The position numbers were made by a program, and so were the translations under genes. Of a stretch of DNA of 64,000 nt, positions 10,409 to 20,395 are shown in pieces; position 1 is the first letter of the stretch; each line of letters starts with the position of its first letter. This stretch comes from an uncultured Negativicutes bacterium (GTDB lineage Bacteria > Bacillota > Negativicutes > JBAXTZ01), in contig CAVRJL010000015.1 in NCBI GenBank assembly GCA_963721525.1, forward strand, positions 64,001-128,000. The letters run 5' to 3'. Under the pieces are notes generated by a model. That model worked only from the letters and a program-made list of their open reading frames with translations. It ran no database searches and was not told the DNA's origin.

Positions 10409-10871
10409 TTTTATTTATGCTATTTTTATCTATTAAATTCTTAGCTTTTTCAATAAATAACTCTCCGTTTAAATGATCCAGTTCATGTTGAAATACTCTT
10501 GCTAAAAGTCCTTCGGCTTTAATTTTTACATTTCTCATATTACGGTCAATCCCAATAATTGATATTTTTTCAGCTCTTTCCACATCGCCGAAGATTTTAG
10601 GAACACTTAAGCACCCTTCCTTATCTACATAACAGCCTACTTGTTTTACAATCTCGGGGTTTATCACTTCGATTAATCCATTTCCTATATCAATAACAAT
10701 TAATTTTTTAGATATTCCTATCTGTGGTGCTGCTAAACCTATTCCTTTAGCCTCATACATAATTTGAATCATAGCGTTCAATATTTTTTTTATGTTTCTA
10801 TCAACGAACTCCACTTTTTCGGCGCACTGTTTTAAAATAGGATTTCCAATCATAGAAATTTTAAATTTCAA
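10401..10871 (-). CDS. def: Peptide deformylase
   Basis: GIGLAAPQIG, EGCLS, QHELDH. Confidence 0.97.
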   Translation of the reverse strand: MKFKISMIGNPILKQCAEKVEFVDRNIKKILNAMIQIMYEAKGIGLAAPQIGISKKLIVIDIGNGLIEVINPEIVKQVGCYVDKEGCLSVPKIFGDVERAEKISIIGIDRNMRNVKIKAEGLLARVFQHELDHLNGELFIEKAKNLIDKNSINKNE

Positions 10872-10932
10872 TTTGCGCTCCTTGATTTTTCATTAATAAA
10901 TTATTAAATATTTTAACATAAAAGCTAAATTT

Positions 10933-11240
10933 TTAATAGTAAACGCTTATTAATAAAATAATTGATTCAAAACCTGTAGCATATCTATATTCTAATACCG
11001 TTGCGCTTTTAGGAACTGTCGAGTTCGTATTTCTGCCTCTACGGATTATATCCTGTTCTTTAGAAGTTAGCTGTGACAATACTTTTCTTATCGCGAAGGA
11101 TTGCATTTTTGCAGATACGATATTACGAGCTATATTATGTATCTCTCCAATACGTTTTTTTCTTTAATAAGACGTTCTCGCACATATAAAGAAAATATCG
11201 CATCTCCTAGATAAGCTAATATTAGAGGTGAAGTTTGCAT
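10933..11240 (-). pseudogene. mrnC: Mini-ribonuclease III, frameshifted and apparently degenerate at the C-terminus
   Basis: Not in the ORF track. ATG overlaps the cysS stop (TAATG). MQTSPLILAYLGDAIFSLYVRERL, then a break at the T7 run 11155-11161; one more A continues ...VSAKMQ...IIRRGRN...YRYATGFESII. The expected GYL tail is missing. Confidence 0.88.
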
Positions 11241-12673
11241 TATTTCCTTTTCCAATTTACTCCTTGCGGTGTATCTTCAATTATTATATCTTTATCGTTT
11301 AATAAATTTCGAATATAGTCTGCTGTTTTCCAATCTTTTTTCAAGCGTGCATTTTCTCTTATTTCAATAATAATTTTCAGTAAAAATTTTGTCATTTCGC
11401 TATTTAAGACGTCTTCATTAATATTTTGTTCTAAAATACCAAAAATTTGTACTATATTATTGAATAACTCTTCTAATAATTCAATATCTTTTTTATTAAT
11501 AAGATAACCGCCATTAAATTTGTTAAACTGATTATTTATTTCTTTAACTATGGCAAATAAAGGAACTATTGCCAACGGCGTATTAAAATCGTCATCCATA
11601 CTGCTATAAAATTTCTGACGCCATAAAATAACTTTTTTTATAAGCTCCTTATTTGTATCTATTTCCTCTGTTTGAGCATATTTTTTTAAAAAATTAATAT
11701 TTTCTTTTGCTACAGTTATTTTTTTCAATGTTTTTTTTGCTTCATCTAATTTTGTGTTATTAAAATCAATAGCGCTACGATAATGAGCTGAAGCAATATA
11801 CCAGCGTACTACTTCTCCTGAGTAATATTGAAGAATATCTGTTATTAAAAAAGAATTTCCCAAAGATTTAGACATTTTTTCTAAGTTTATTGTTATCATT
11901 TCATTATGTAGCCAATAATTTACAAACGGTTTTTCGCTAAAAGCTTCCGATTGAGCTAATTCATTTTCATGGTGAGGAAATATTAGATCGCATCCACCAC
12001 CATGAAAATCAAAATGTTCTCCTAAATATTTTATAGACATTGCTGAACATTCGATATGCCATCCAGGTCTCCCCTTTCCCCATGGGCTATCCCAAGAAGG
12101 CTCGTTAGGTTTTGCCGGTTTCCATAGTACAAAATCCATAGGATTGCATTTACGACTATCAACTTCGATACGCGCTCTAGCTATTAAATTACTGAGATGT
12201 CTGCCACTCAACTTTCCATACTTCAAAAATTTTTTTACGCTAAAATATACATTTTTCTCTACTTCATAAGCATAACCTTGTTCCACCAGCCTTTTTACCA
12301 TTTTAATAATTTCAGATATATGCTCAGAGGCTAAAGGATAATAATCAGCGCGATGGACATTGAGTTTAGACATTATATCAAAAAATGAATTGATATAATA
12401 TTTAGTCATAACTTTCCAATTTTTTTTCTCATTGTTTGCGGCTCTTATTATTTTATCATCAATATCAGTAAAATTTGATATAAATTTTACCTTATAACCT
12501 TTGTGTTTTAGGTACCGAATAATAACATCCCATATTATAGGGGGACGGATGTTACCAATATGAGGATAATTATAAGGAGTTATGCCGCATACATATATTT
12601 TTACTTTTCCTTTATCTATTTCTCTGAACTCTTCTTTTCTCTTTTTCAAGCTATTATATACGCGTATACTCAT
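11240..12673 (-). CDS. cysS: Cysteine--tRNA ligase
   Basis: YVCGITPY, HIGN, GRPGWHIECSAM, KMSKS. Confidence 0.98.
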   Translation of the reverse strand: MSIRVYNSLKKRKEEFREIDKGKVKIYVCGITPYNYPHIGNIRPPIIWDVIIRYLKHKGYKVKFISNFTDIDDKIIRAANNEKKNWKVMTKYYINSFFDIMSKLNVHRADYYPLASEHISEIIKMVKRLVEQGYAYEVEKNVYFSVKKFLKYGKLSGRHLSNLIARARIEVDSRKCNPMDFVLWKPAKPNEPSWDSPWGKGRPGWHIECSAMSIKYLGEHFDFHGGGCDLIFPHHENELAQSEAFSEKPFVNYWLHNEMITINLEKMSKSLGNSFLITDILQYYSGEVVRWYIASAHYRSAIDFNNTKLDEAKKTLKKITVAKENINFLKKYAQTEEIDTNKELIKKVILWRQKFYSSMDDDFNTPLAIVPLFAIVKEINNQFNKFNGGYLINKKDIELLEELFNNIVQIFGILEQNINEDVLNSEMTKFLLKIIIEIRENARLKKDWKTADYIRNLLNDKDIIIEDTPQGVNWKRK

Positions 12674-12740
12674 TTAGTCTCTAACTCCTTTTTGCATTTT
12701 TCAATAGTTCATATATCTTTTTCTATATGAAACCTTACTT

Positions 12741-14195
12741 TTAGATTATTGGCATAAGTTTATCTATTCCTATATGAATTCTACGCAAAGATTCTCTTTT
12801 ACCTAATAACTCAGCCAATTCAGCTGCTCCACCTGGGGAAGATGCCATACCTGACAAAGCTATTCTTACAGGACATAAGATCTGACTATTTTTAAAAGCT
12901 AATTTATTTACAATTTTATGTAGTAAATTATTGATTTCCTCATAATTCCATTTTTCAAGAGTTTCTAATACAATCAATACTTCCCGTAAAGCGATTAATG
13001 AACTATTGAAGTCTATTTTCATCTTCTTGTTTTCATATAAATCACGACTATACTCATTTAATATAGATAAATTAGATATTTTGGCAGGTATATCTTCTAA
13101 TACTTCTATTCTTGTTTGCAATAATTTACTTAATACTTTTAAATTTATATTACTACTTAATTTACTTTTTTCGTAATATGGAGTCGCTAATTTAGAAAAT
13201 TCCTCAATATCAAGATTTTTAATATATTTGCTATTCATCCAACGTAATTTTGCCTCATCGAAAATAGCAGGCGATTTGTTTAATCCTTTAATATCAAAAA
13301 TTGTTTTTAGTTCTTCAAGTGTAAAAAATTCTCTTTCATTTTTAGGATTCCAACCTAATAATACGATATAATTCACTATTGCTTCCTTTAAAAATCCACG
13401 TTTCAGTAAATCCTCGAACGATACATCTCCTTCTCTTTTACTTAATTTTTTAGAATAGGACTTTAAGATAGGCGGAAGATGAATATATTTAGGAATTTCC
13501 CACCCAAAAGATTTATAAATTAAATTATATTTTGGTGTTGAAGTTAAATATTCAGCACCGCGAATAACATGTGTTATTTTCATTAAATAATCATCTATAA
13601 CATTTGCAAAATTATAAGTAGGCATTCCATTACTTTTAAGTAGAATTCCTTCTTCTAGTTCTGAATAATCAACTGTTATTTCTCCATAAATTTGGTCAAT
13701 AAAACTTGCTTTACCTAGCGGAATTATTTGACGAATTACATAGTTTTTATTTTTTGTTAAATATTTTTTAATTTCCGACGAAGCCAAAGTTTTGCAAAAA
13801 CCATCATACTGAAATTTTTTATTGTTTTTCTCAATCTTATTTTTTAAACTTTCTAAACGTATTTTGTCACAAAAACAATAATATGCTCCATTAAGATCGA
13901 CTAATTTTTTAGCGTATTGCTTATATATTTCTTTACGTTCACTTTGAATATACGGTCCAAAGTCACCGTCTTTGTCAGGTCCTTCGTCATAAATCAGTCC
14001 AATAGAATTTAGTGTGTTATGAATAACATCGATAGCGTCTTTTACATAACGACTTTGGTCTGTATCTTCTATTCTAAGAATAAATTTACCCTTGTTTTTT
14101 TTCGCAATTAAATATTCATATATAGCGGTCCTTAAATTTCCTATATGCATATAACCTGTAGGGCTTGGAGCAAATCTTGTCCTAACTTCTTTCAT
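12741..14195 (-). CDS. gltX: Glutamate--tRNA ligase (likely non-discriminating given gatCAB)
   Basis: RFAPSPTG, HIGN, LRIEDTD, KLSKR. Confidence 0.97.
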   Translation of the reverse strand: MKEVRTRFAPSPTGYMHIGNLRTAIYEYLIAKKNKGKFILRIEDTDQSRYVKDAIDVIHNTLNSIGLIYDEGPDKDGDFGPYIQSERKEIYKQYAKKLVDLNGAYYCFCDKIRLESLKNKIEKNNKKFQYDGFCKTLASSEIKKYLTKNKNYVIRQIIPLGKASFIDQIYGEITVDYSELEEGILLKSNGMPTYNFANVIDDYLMKITHVIRGAEYLTSTPKYNLIYKSFGWEIPKYIHLPPILKSYSKKLSKREGDVSFEDLLKRGFLKEAIVNYIVLLGWNPKNEREFFTLEELKTIFDIKGLNKSPAIFDEAKLRWMNSKYIKNLDIEEFSKLATPYYEKSKLSSNINLKVLSKLLQTRIEVLEDIPAKISNLSILNEYSRDLYENKKMKIDFNSSLIALREVLIVLETLEKWNYEEINNLLHKIVNKLAFKNSQILCPVRIALSGMASSPGGAAELAELLGKRESLRRIHIGIDKLMPII

Positions 14196-14223
14196 TTTTT
14201 AAACCTCTATTAAAATAACAATA

Positions 14224-16647
14224 TTATTGCCTTAAGTTCGCCTCAAATTTTTTATTTAAAGCAACTAATAAATCTTTTATATTTTCATCAATTTCTTGAT
14301 CTGTTAATGTTCTTTCATTCGATCCATAAACTAAATTAAAAGTTAAACTTTTTTTATCTTCTCTCTTATTATTATATACATCAAATAAATTTGCTGTTTT
14401 AAGTAATTTACCGCTTTTTTTCTTTATAAAACTAAGAATTTGGCCTGCTACAATGCTTTTTTTGAAATATAAGGAAATATCTCTCTCTATTTGTGGAAAT
14501 CTAGGTAAATCTATATACGTTAATTTATTTTTTACTTCTGTAAATAACTTTTCTAATTCAACTTCAAATATATAGACTTTAGAATTCATATCAAAATTTT
14601 TTAAGATCTCAGGATGAACTTCACCTAACAAGCCTATTTTCTTACCATTTACAACTAAACTACAAGATACTCCCGGATGATATAAATTATTTTCTTGAAT
14701 AATAAATTTATAATCATTTACTCGCAATGAATCTAGTATTTGCTCAACAACTCCTTTCACTGAGTAGAAGTCAGCTTCCGCTTTGGTTACGTTCCAAGAA
14801 GGGGGTATAGTTAATCCACATACTGCACCACATAACATAATTTTTTCTATAGGTAAGTCCTGACCAGGAAACTTTTTTGATAAATATATTTTACCTATTT
14901 CATAAATCATTAAATCATTATTTTTACGGGACAAATTATATTTTATATTATTTAATATAGAGTCAGCGAGAGTTGTACGCATTAGCGAAAATTCAGTATT
15001 GATAGGATTAACTATAGGAACAGCCATTGTTAAACCATTTTTTGTTTGCCTTAATTTTTCTAAATTTTGAAAAGAAGAAAAACTAGACGAAATTGTTTCA
15101 TCCATACCTAAACTTGACAATATATTTCGTATTTTGTCGCAAAAGTTATTCAACGGCAATTCTTTACTTGGTATTGTTTTACTTATCGGTATTCTAAAAG
15201 GAATTTTATCAAACCCATAAGCTCTACCTATTTCTTCTGCTAAATCAGCTGTCAACATAATATCGGTACGCCAGGAGGGAATCAAGGCTTGTATTTTTTG
15301 TTTTTTTCTTTGAGTTCTTACACCAAGTTTATTCAAAATTTTTAGCATTTCATTACCAGAAATTTCAGTACCTAATTTATTATTAATTTCATTTTCTGTA
15401 AAATCAATACATTTAGATTTCACAGTATATGGATAATGTTCTATGAGTCCCTCGCATGCGTTTCCAGCTTCAATATTTTGTATCAACTGTGCAGCTCTTT
15501 CAATTGCTAAATTTATTCTAACAATATCTACTCCTTTACTAAATTTTTCTGACGACTCGGTTTTTAAGCCTAATTTTAAAGATGTTCTACGAATATAAGA
15601 GGAATTAAACGCAGCAGCTTCCAAAACAATATTTTTTGTATTTGCATTAACTTCTGTTTCACTGCTTCCCGTTATTCCTGCAATGCTTATAATTTTTTCG
15701 CTATCAGTAGTAACTATTGTATCTGTTTCAAGGATTTTCTTTATATTGTCAATTGTTACTATAAATTCGTTTTTTTCAGCTGTCCTTACAATTATTTCAT
15801 TTCCACATATCTTATCTAAATCATATGCGTGTATAGGTTGACCTAATTCAAGCGTAATATAATTTACAATATCGATAATATTATTTATAGGAATAATTCC
15901 TACTGATTGTAGCATTTTTTTTATCGATTGTGGAGATTCTTTTATTTTAACGTTTTTTATTACTTTGCCAATAAAACGTGTAACTAATTCATCATTTTTT
16001 ACCTTAACTTTTATAAATTCTTGTGTTTTTTCTTTAAGTTTATTTACACATAAATAAGATGGTTCAATAAGGTCAATATCGTACGCCATAGCGGCTTCTC
16101 TTGCTAACCCTAACACTGAAAAACAATCTGGTCTATTAGGCGCTACTTCAAAGTCAATAACACTATCATCCTCTATTTCTAAAGCCTGAGCTATAGGAAC
16201 ACCTATTTTTGTTTCATCTGGTAATACAAATATATCCTTACAGTTTTTAGGTGGTAAAAATTTATCCTCTATAGCTAATTCTTGAATAGAACATAGCATA
16301 CCAAAAGATTGTATTCCTCTAAACGTTGTTTTTTTTATTTTTCCCCTATTTGGTAATTTTGCTCCACTCAACGCAACTGGGACAATACTATTAATAGTAA
16401 TATTATCAGCGCCTGTTGTTATTTGTAATATTTTCCCCCCAATATCTATCTGGCAAATAAAAAATTTATTTGCATTTGGATGTTTATTTATTTCTACAAT
16501 TTTCCCAGTTATTATTTTTTTAAAATCTTTTGCACAATAATCTACATGAGCAACTTCAAAACCAACCATAGTCATTTTATAAACAAATTCATCAATCGAA
16601 CAACTTATTCTAGCATAATTTTTTATCCACTTAACTAAAATCTTCAC
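14224..16647 (-). CDS. pheT: Phenylalanine--tRNA ligase beta subunit
   Basis: HPNA OB domain, PNRPDC, PSWRTDI...DLAEEIGR, C-terminal FDX-ACB (RDIS...RTLTD). Confidence 0.96.
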   Translation of the reverse strand: MKILVKWIKNYARISCSIDEFVYKMTMVGFEVAHVDYCAKDFKKIITGKIVEINKHPNANKFFICQIDIGGKILQITTGADNITINSIVPVALSGAKLPNRGKIKKTTFRGIQSFGMLCSIQELAIEDKFLPPKNCKDIFVLPDETKIGVPIAQALEIEDDSVIDFEVAPNRPDCFSVLGLAREAAMAYDIDLIEPSYLCVNKLKEKTQEFIKVKVKNDELVTRFIGKVIKNVKIKESPQSIKKMLQSVGIIPINNIIDIVNYITLELGQPIHAYDLDKICGNEIIVRTAEKNEFIVTIDNIKKILETDTIVTTDSEKIISIAGITGSSETEVNANTKNIVLEAAAFNSSYIRRTSLKLGLKTESSEKFSKGVDIVRINLAIERAAQLIQNIEAGNACEGLIEHYPYTVKSKCIDFTENEINNKLGTEISGNEMLKILNKLGVRTQRKKQKIQALIPSWRTDIMLTADLAEEIGRAYGFDKIPFRIPISKTIPSKELPLNNFCDKIRNILSSLGMDETISSSFSSFQNLEKLRQTKNGLTMAVPIVNPINTEFSLMRTTLADSILNNIKYNLSRKNNDLMIYEIGKIYLSKKFPGQDLPIEKIMLCGAVCGLTIPPSWNVTKAEADFYSVKGVVEQILDSLRVNDYKFIIQENNLYHPGVSCSLVVNGKKIGLLGEVHPEILKNFDMNSKVYIFEVELEKLFTEVKNKLTYIDLPRFPQIERDISLYFKKSIVAGQILSFIKKKSGKLLKTANLFDVYNNKREDKKSLTFNLVYGSNERTLTDQEIDENIKDLLVALNKKFEANLRQ

Positions 16648-16661
16648 AATTTACTCCTGCA

Positions 16662-17681
16662 CTAAAATTGTCGAATAAAGCGAATATCGTTATCATAAAA
16701 TAATCGCACATCGTTTATTTTATAATATAACATGGCAATACGTTCGACTCCCATACCAAAAGCAAAGCCGCTTACTTTTGCTTCACTATATCCATTTAAT
16801 TTTAATACCTGAGGATGTACCATACCTGCTCCCAAAATTTCTAACCAACCGGTACCTTTACAAATTTTACAACCTAACCCCGTGCATAGAACGCAGGATA
16901 TATCTATTTCAAGGCTTGGCTCAGTAAAGGGGAAATAACTTGGTCTAAGTCGAATATTAATATTATCATCAAAAAACTCTTTCAAAAACAGCATTAAAGT
17001 ACCTTTTAGATTAGCTAAACTTATATTTTTATCTATAAAAAGACCTTCTACTTGATGAAATACAGGCGAATGAGTAACATCATTATCACAGCGGTAAACT
17101 TTGCCATAAGTTATAATTTTTATCGGTTCGTTATTTTTGTTTGATTGCATAACTCGCGATTGTACCGGCGAAGTATGTGTCCGTAAAACTATATTATCAT
17201 TAATATAAAATGTATCCTGCATATCTCTAGCAGGATGACTTTTAGGTAGATTCATCATTTCAAAATTAAAATAGTCAAGTTCTATTTCAGGTCCATCCGC
17301 TATAGAATATCCCATTTTTATAAAAATATTTTTTATACGGTTAAGGGTTTGAGTAAGAGGATGAATTTTTCCTACGTATCTTTGTCTTCCAGGCAAAGTA
17401 ACATCGATTTTTTCTAATTTTAATTTTTTTTGTATTTCTTTTTTGTCAATTTCACTATTTAATTTCCTAATATATAGTTCTAACTCTTTCCTTAAATTAT
17501 TAAGCATCTTTCCAAACTCAGGCCTCTTATTTATATGTATTGTACCTATAGCCTGTAAAAGAGACGTTACTTGTCCTTTTTTCCCTAAATATTTAATTTT
17601 AAAAATATTAAGCTCATTTTTTGTTTCAATTTTTTTTAATTCTTCAAACGCTTGTTTCCAAATAAATTTTATTTTATCCAT
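16662..17681 (-). CDS. pheS: Phenylalanine--tRNA ligase alpha subunit
   Basis: HPARDMQDTF, LRTHTSPVQ, FHQVEG, YFPFTEPS, FAFGMGVER. Confidence 0.98.
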   Translation of the reverse strand: MDKIKFIWKQAFEELKKIETKNELNIFKIKYLGKKGQVTSLLQAIGTIHINKRPEFGKMLNNLRKELELYIRKLNSEIDKKEIQKKLKLEKIDVTLPGRQRYVGKIHPLTQTLNRIKNIFIKMGYSIADGPEIELDYFNFEMMNLPKSHPARDMQDTFYINDNIVLRTHTSPVQSRVMQSNKNNEPIKIITYGKVYRCDNDVTHSPVFHQVEGLFIDKNISLANLKGTLMLFLKEFFDDNINIRLRPSYFPFTEPSLEIDISCVLCTGLGCKICKGTGWLEILGAGMVHPQVLKLNGYSEAKVSGFAFGMGVERIAMLYYKINDVRLFYDNDIRFIRQF

Positions 17682-17694
17682 AAATAAATCCTCT

Positions 17695-17754
17695 AAAAAT
17701 AAACGACTTTTGCCTCGAGGGGCAAAAGTCGTTCTTACACGCTGCTACCCTTTC
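17695..17754 (-). promoter_or_regulatory. pheS leader: strong terminator hairpin preceded by a degenerate T-box-like sequence
   Basis: Perfect 13-bp inverted repeat aacgacttttgcc (17702-17714) / ggcaaaagtcgtt (17721-17733), followed by TATTTTT on the minus strand. Upstream AAAGGGTAGCAGCGTG resembles the T-box consensus AGGGTGGNACCGCG. Confidence 0.6.
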
Positions 17755-18141
17755 TATATTAATAGATTTTCCCATTTCTCTCATTTTTTCATAATAAAAC
17801 CGTTTTATTATGTTGTTAGTAAAGCATTCTTTCTATAAGTAAATTAAACAAAAAATTTTTTAACGTCGCTTGAATTTATCAACGGTACTGTTATTCTTAT
17901 TTGTAGTATCTTTTATTTCATTTAATTCGTTTACGATTTTTATACTAGCGTCAGCTATTTTGATTTCTTTTCATAAAAAAATATTTTTTAAACATTCACA
18001 AAAACTCTATATCCCTCAATTTTAGTTAGTGTAATTATAAGTTTTATTTTTTTTTATAGTTAAACATACTTCTTATTAAGTTCACTATTAATTGAGTCTT
18101 AAGTATAAATCTTTAAAACTGCCTATTAATTCTAATATATT

Positions 18142-19026
18142 TTAAATATTATTTATGTTAGCAGCAAGCTCATTTAGTCTTTTAACTCTTTCTTCAATAC
18201 TGGGGTGCGTAGAAAATAAAGAGGTAAAAATTTGTTTTGAACCTTTTAACGGATTTACAATAAACAAATGCGCTGTAGTTGCTGTAGCTTCCTGCGACAA
18301 CGTTCCAAATTGCGCTCTATTTTCAAGTTTTAACAGGGCGCTTGCTAAAGAAAGGGGTTTGCCTGATATTTTTGCTCCACTTTCGTCAGCGTCAAATTCG
18401 CGTAAACGAGATACAGCAAGTTGTACTAAAGTAGCTGCTATAGGAGCTAAAACAATCATAAATAACATTTGAATTAAACCGCCACCTTCGTTTGAATCGG
18501 AATCTCTTCTATCTCCACCAAATATCATCGTCCATTTGACCATATTTGCTATCAATAATATTACCCCGGCAATTGATGATACTATAGTATTCACCAATAT
18601 ATCTCTATTTTTTACATGAGCCAGTTCATGAGCTAACACACCTTCCAACTCGTCTCGATTTAAGATGTCCATAATGCCTGTTGTTACCGCAATAGCTGCA
18701 TTTTGCGAATTTCTGCCTGTAGCAAAAGCATTTGGAGTAGTCGTGTCTATCATGCAAATTTTAGGTACGGGCATACCCTGACTTTTTACTAACTTCCTCA
18801 CTATAGAATATAATATTGGTGCGTGCTGTTCGCTTACTGGTTTTGCTCCATACATTAACAGAACAATTCTATCACTAAACCAATAACTTATAAAATTAAA
18901 ACCTAAGGAAAAAACAAGCATCAAAAACATACCGTTGTTTCCGCCGAACTGTCGCCCCATTATCCCTAATATACCTGTCAATAAAGTTAACAGCACAGTC
19001 AACTTTAAACTTTTCATAATAACCAC
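18142..19026 (-). CDS. htpX: Membrane zinc protease HtpX
   Basis: PNAFATG, HELAH, SRLREFDAD, STHP. Confidence 0.95.
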   Translation of the reverse strand: MVIMKSLKLTVLLTLLTGILGIMGRQFGGNNGMFLMLVFSLGFNFISYWFSDRIVLLMYGAKPVSEQHAPILYSIVRKLVKSQGMPVPKICMIDTTTPNAFATGRNSQNAAIAVTTGIMDILNRDELEGVLAHELAHVKNRDILVNTIVSSIAGVILLIANMVKWTMIFGGDRRDSDSNEGGGLIQMLFMIVLAPIAATLVQLAVSRLREFDADESGAKISGKPLSLASALLKLENRAQFGTLSQEATATTAHLFIVNPLKGSKQIFTSLFSTHPSIEERVKRLNELAANINNI

Positions 19027-19062
19027 CTCATCTTGAATTATACTACATAGTATTCCTTATTT

Positions 19063-19890
19063 CTATATATTCACTCTCTTAAAAATCATTTTTGCATTTA
19101 TTAAAGAATTCTGCGATTCTATCCAATTAATATATGGCATTTTCTTAAACCACGTGTTTTGTCTTTTTGCATATTGTCGAGTTTTTACTTTTATTTGTTC
19201 GATAACTTGACTTTTACTTATGTATCCTTGTAAATATTTTATTATTTCTTTATAACCTATCGCTTGCATTGATTGCATTTGCGGTAAAATACCTTTTTTT
19301 AAAAGATTTTTAGTTTCTTCAACCAATCCGTTATTTATCATTTTGTCTATTCTTTGAATAATTTTATTTACCAATATATCGCGCTCCATAAATAAGCCAA
19401 ATACTTGGGCATCATATTCTAACTCGATTTTTTCATCAATATTAATAGCAAACTTATCTAATTTATTTCTTAAGCCTTCAATCCCTGGGTTTTCAAAAGT
19501 ATTATTTAAATTCAAACATATTTGTTTATTTGTCTTATTTTTTTTAAATCGATAATTTTTTTCCAATAATGCTCTTATATATAAGCCTGTTCCCCCTGAA
19601 ATTATAATTATTTTCCCTGATTTCTCTAATTTATCTATAAGTTCGCGCGCTTCTTTTTGATATTTAGCAACATTATATGTTTCATATGGTTGTTTTATAT
19701 CTATAAAGTGATGAGGGATACCTTTCCTCTCTCTTAAATTAGGTTTAGCCGTTCCTACATTCATATTTTTATAAATCAACATTGAATCAGCGGATATAAT
19801 TTCGCAATTGCCAAGCAACTTAGCAAGGCAAACCGCAGTTTCAGTCTTTCCTGTAGCTGTAGCGCCGACTACTGCTATTATTTTTTTCAT
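19063..19890 (-). CDS. miaA: tRNA dimethylallyltransferase MiaA, with an apparent internal in-frame deletion
   Basis: GATATGKT, DSMLIYK...GTAKP, GGTGLY, IGYKE, TRQYAKRQNTWF; the usual HPNxxxRxxRALE segment is absent. Confidence 0.92.
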   Translation of the reverse strand: MKKIIAVVGATATGKTETAVCLAKLLGNCEIISADSMLIYKNMNVGTAKPNLRERKGIPHHFIDIKQPYETYNVAKYQKEARELIDKLEKSGKIIIISGGTGLYIRALLEKNYRFKKNKTNKQICLNLNNTFENPGIEGLRNKLDKFAINIDEKIELEYDAQVFGLFMERDILVNKIIQRIDKMINNGLVEETKNLLKKGILPQMQSMQAIGYKEIIKYLQGYISKSQVIEQIKVKTRQYAKRQNTWFKKMPYINWIESQNSLINAKMIFKRVNI

Positions 19891-20395
19891 TCGTTTATCA
19901 CTCCGTATTTTACAAGAAATCTTTTTTCTTAAACTATTTTACTAAAAATTTTTATCCCTATCGTAACTACTAATTATTAGTAGCTGATTGTAAAAAACTT
20001 TTAATATTTTATATTTTTTATTCCCTTATTTATACTTAAGCTTTTTATTTTAAATTTTTTAAAAATGAAGCGTATATTTGGTCATAATAAAGTATAATTT
20101 TATATACCTATCTATTTTTCTGGTTTTTATAAAAAAATTCTATTATACCGTCCTATCCAAGTCTGAAACTTATTCTTGGATAATTACATATGAAAACGTT
20201 ATGTACATTGATTTATTACGATAGCACTATTATGTTTTCAAAAACAATGCTCTATAAAATACTAAAAATACACGTATAAAGGCGTAATCATGTTCAATAT
20301 AATCTATACTTGACTTATTACTAATATAAATTAATTTTTATATGATCTTATTATCAACACTTCGATATAATACAATAGTAAAATTCATTTTTATA

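Noticed and set aside
19891-20395. Methyltransferase remnant between mutL and miaA
   Set aside because: Expected from synteny, but no motif could be read with confidence.
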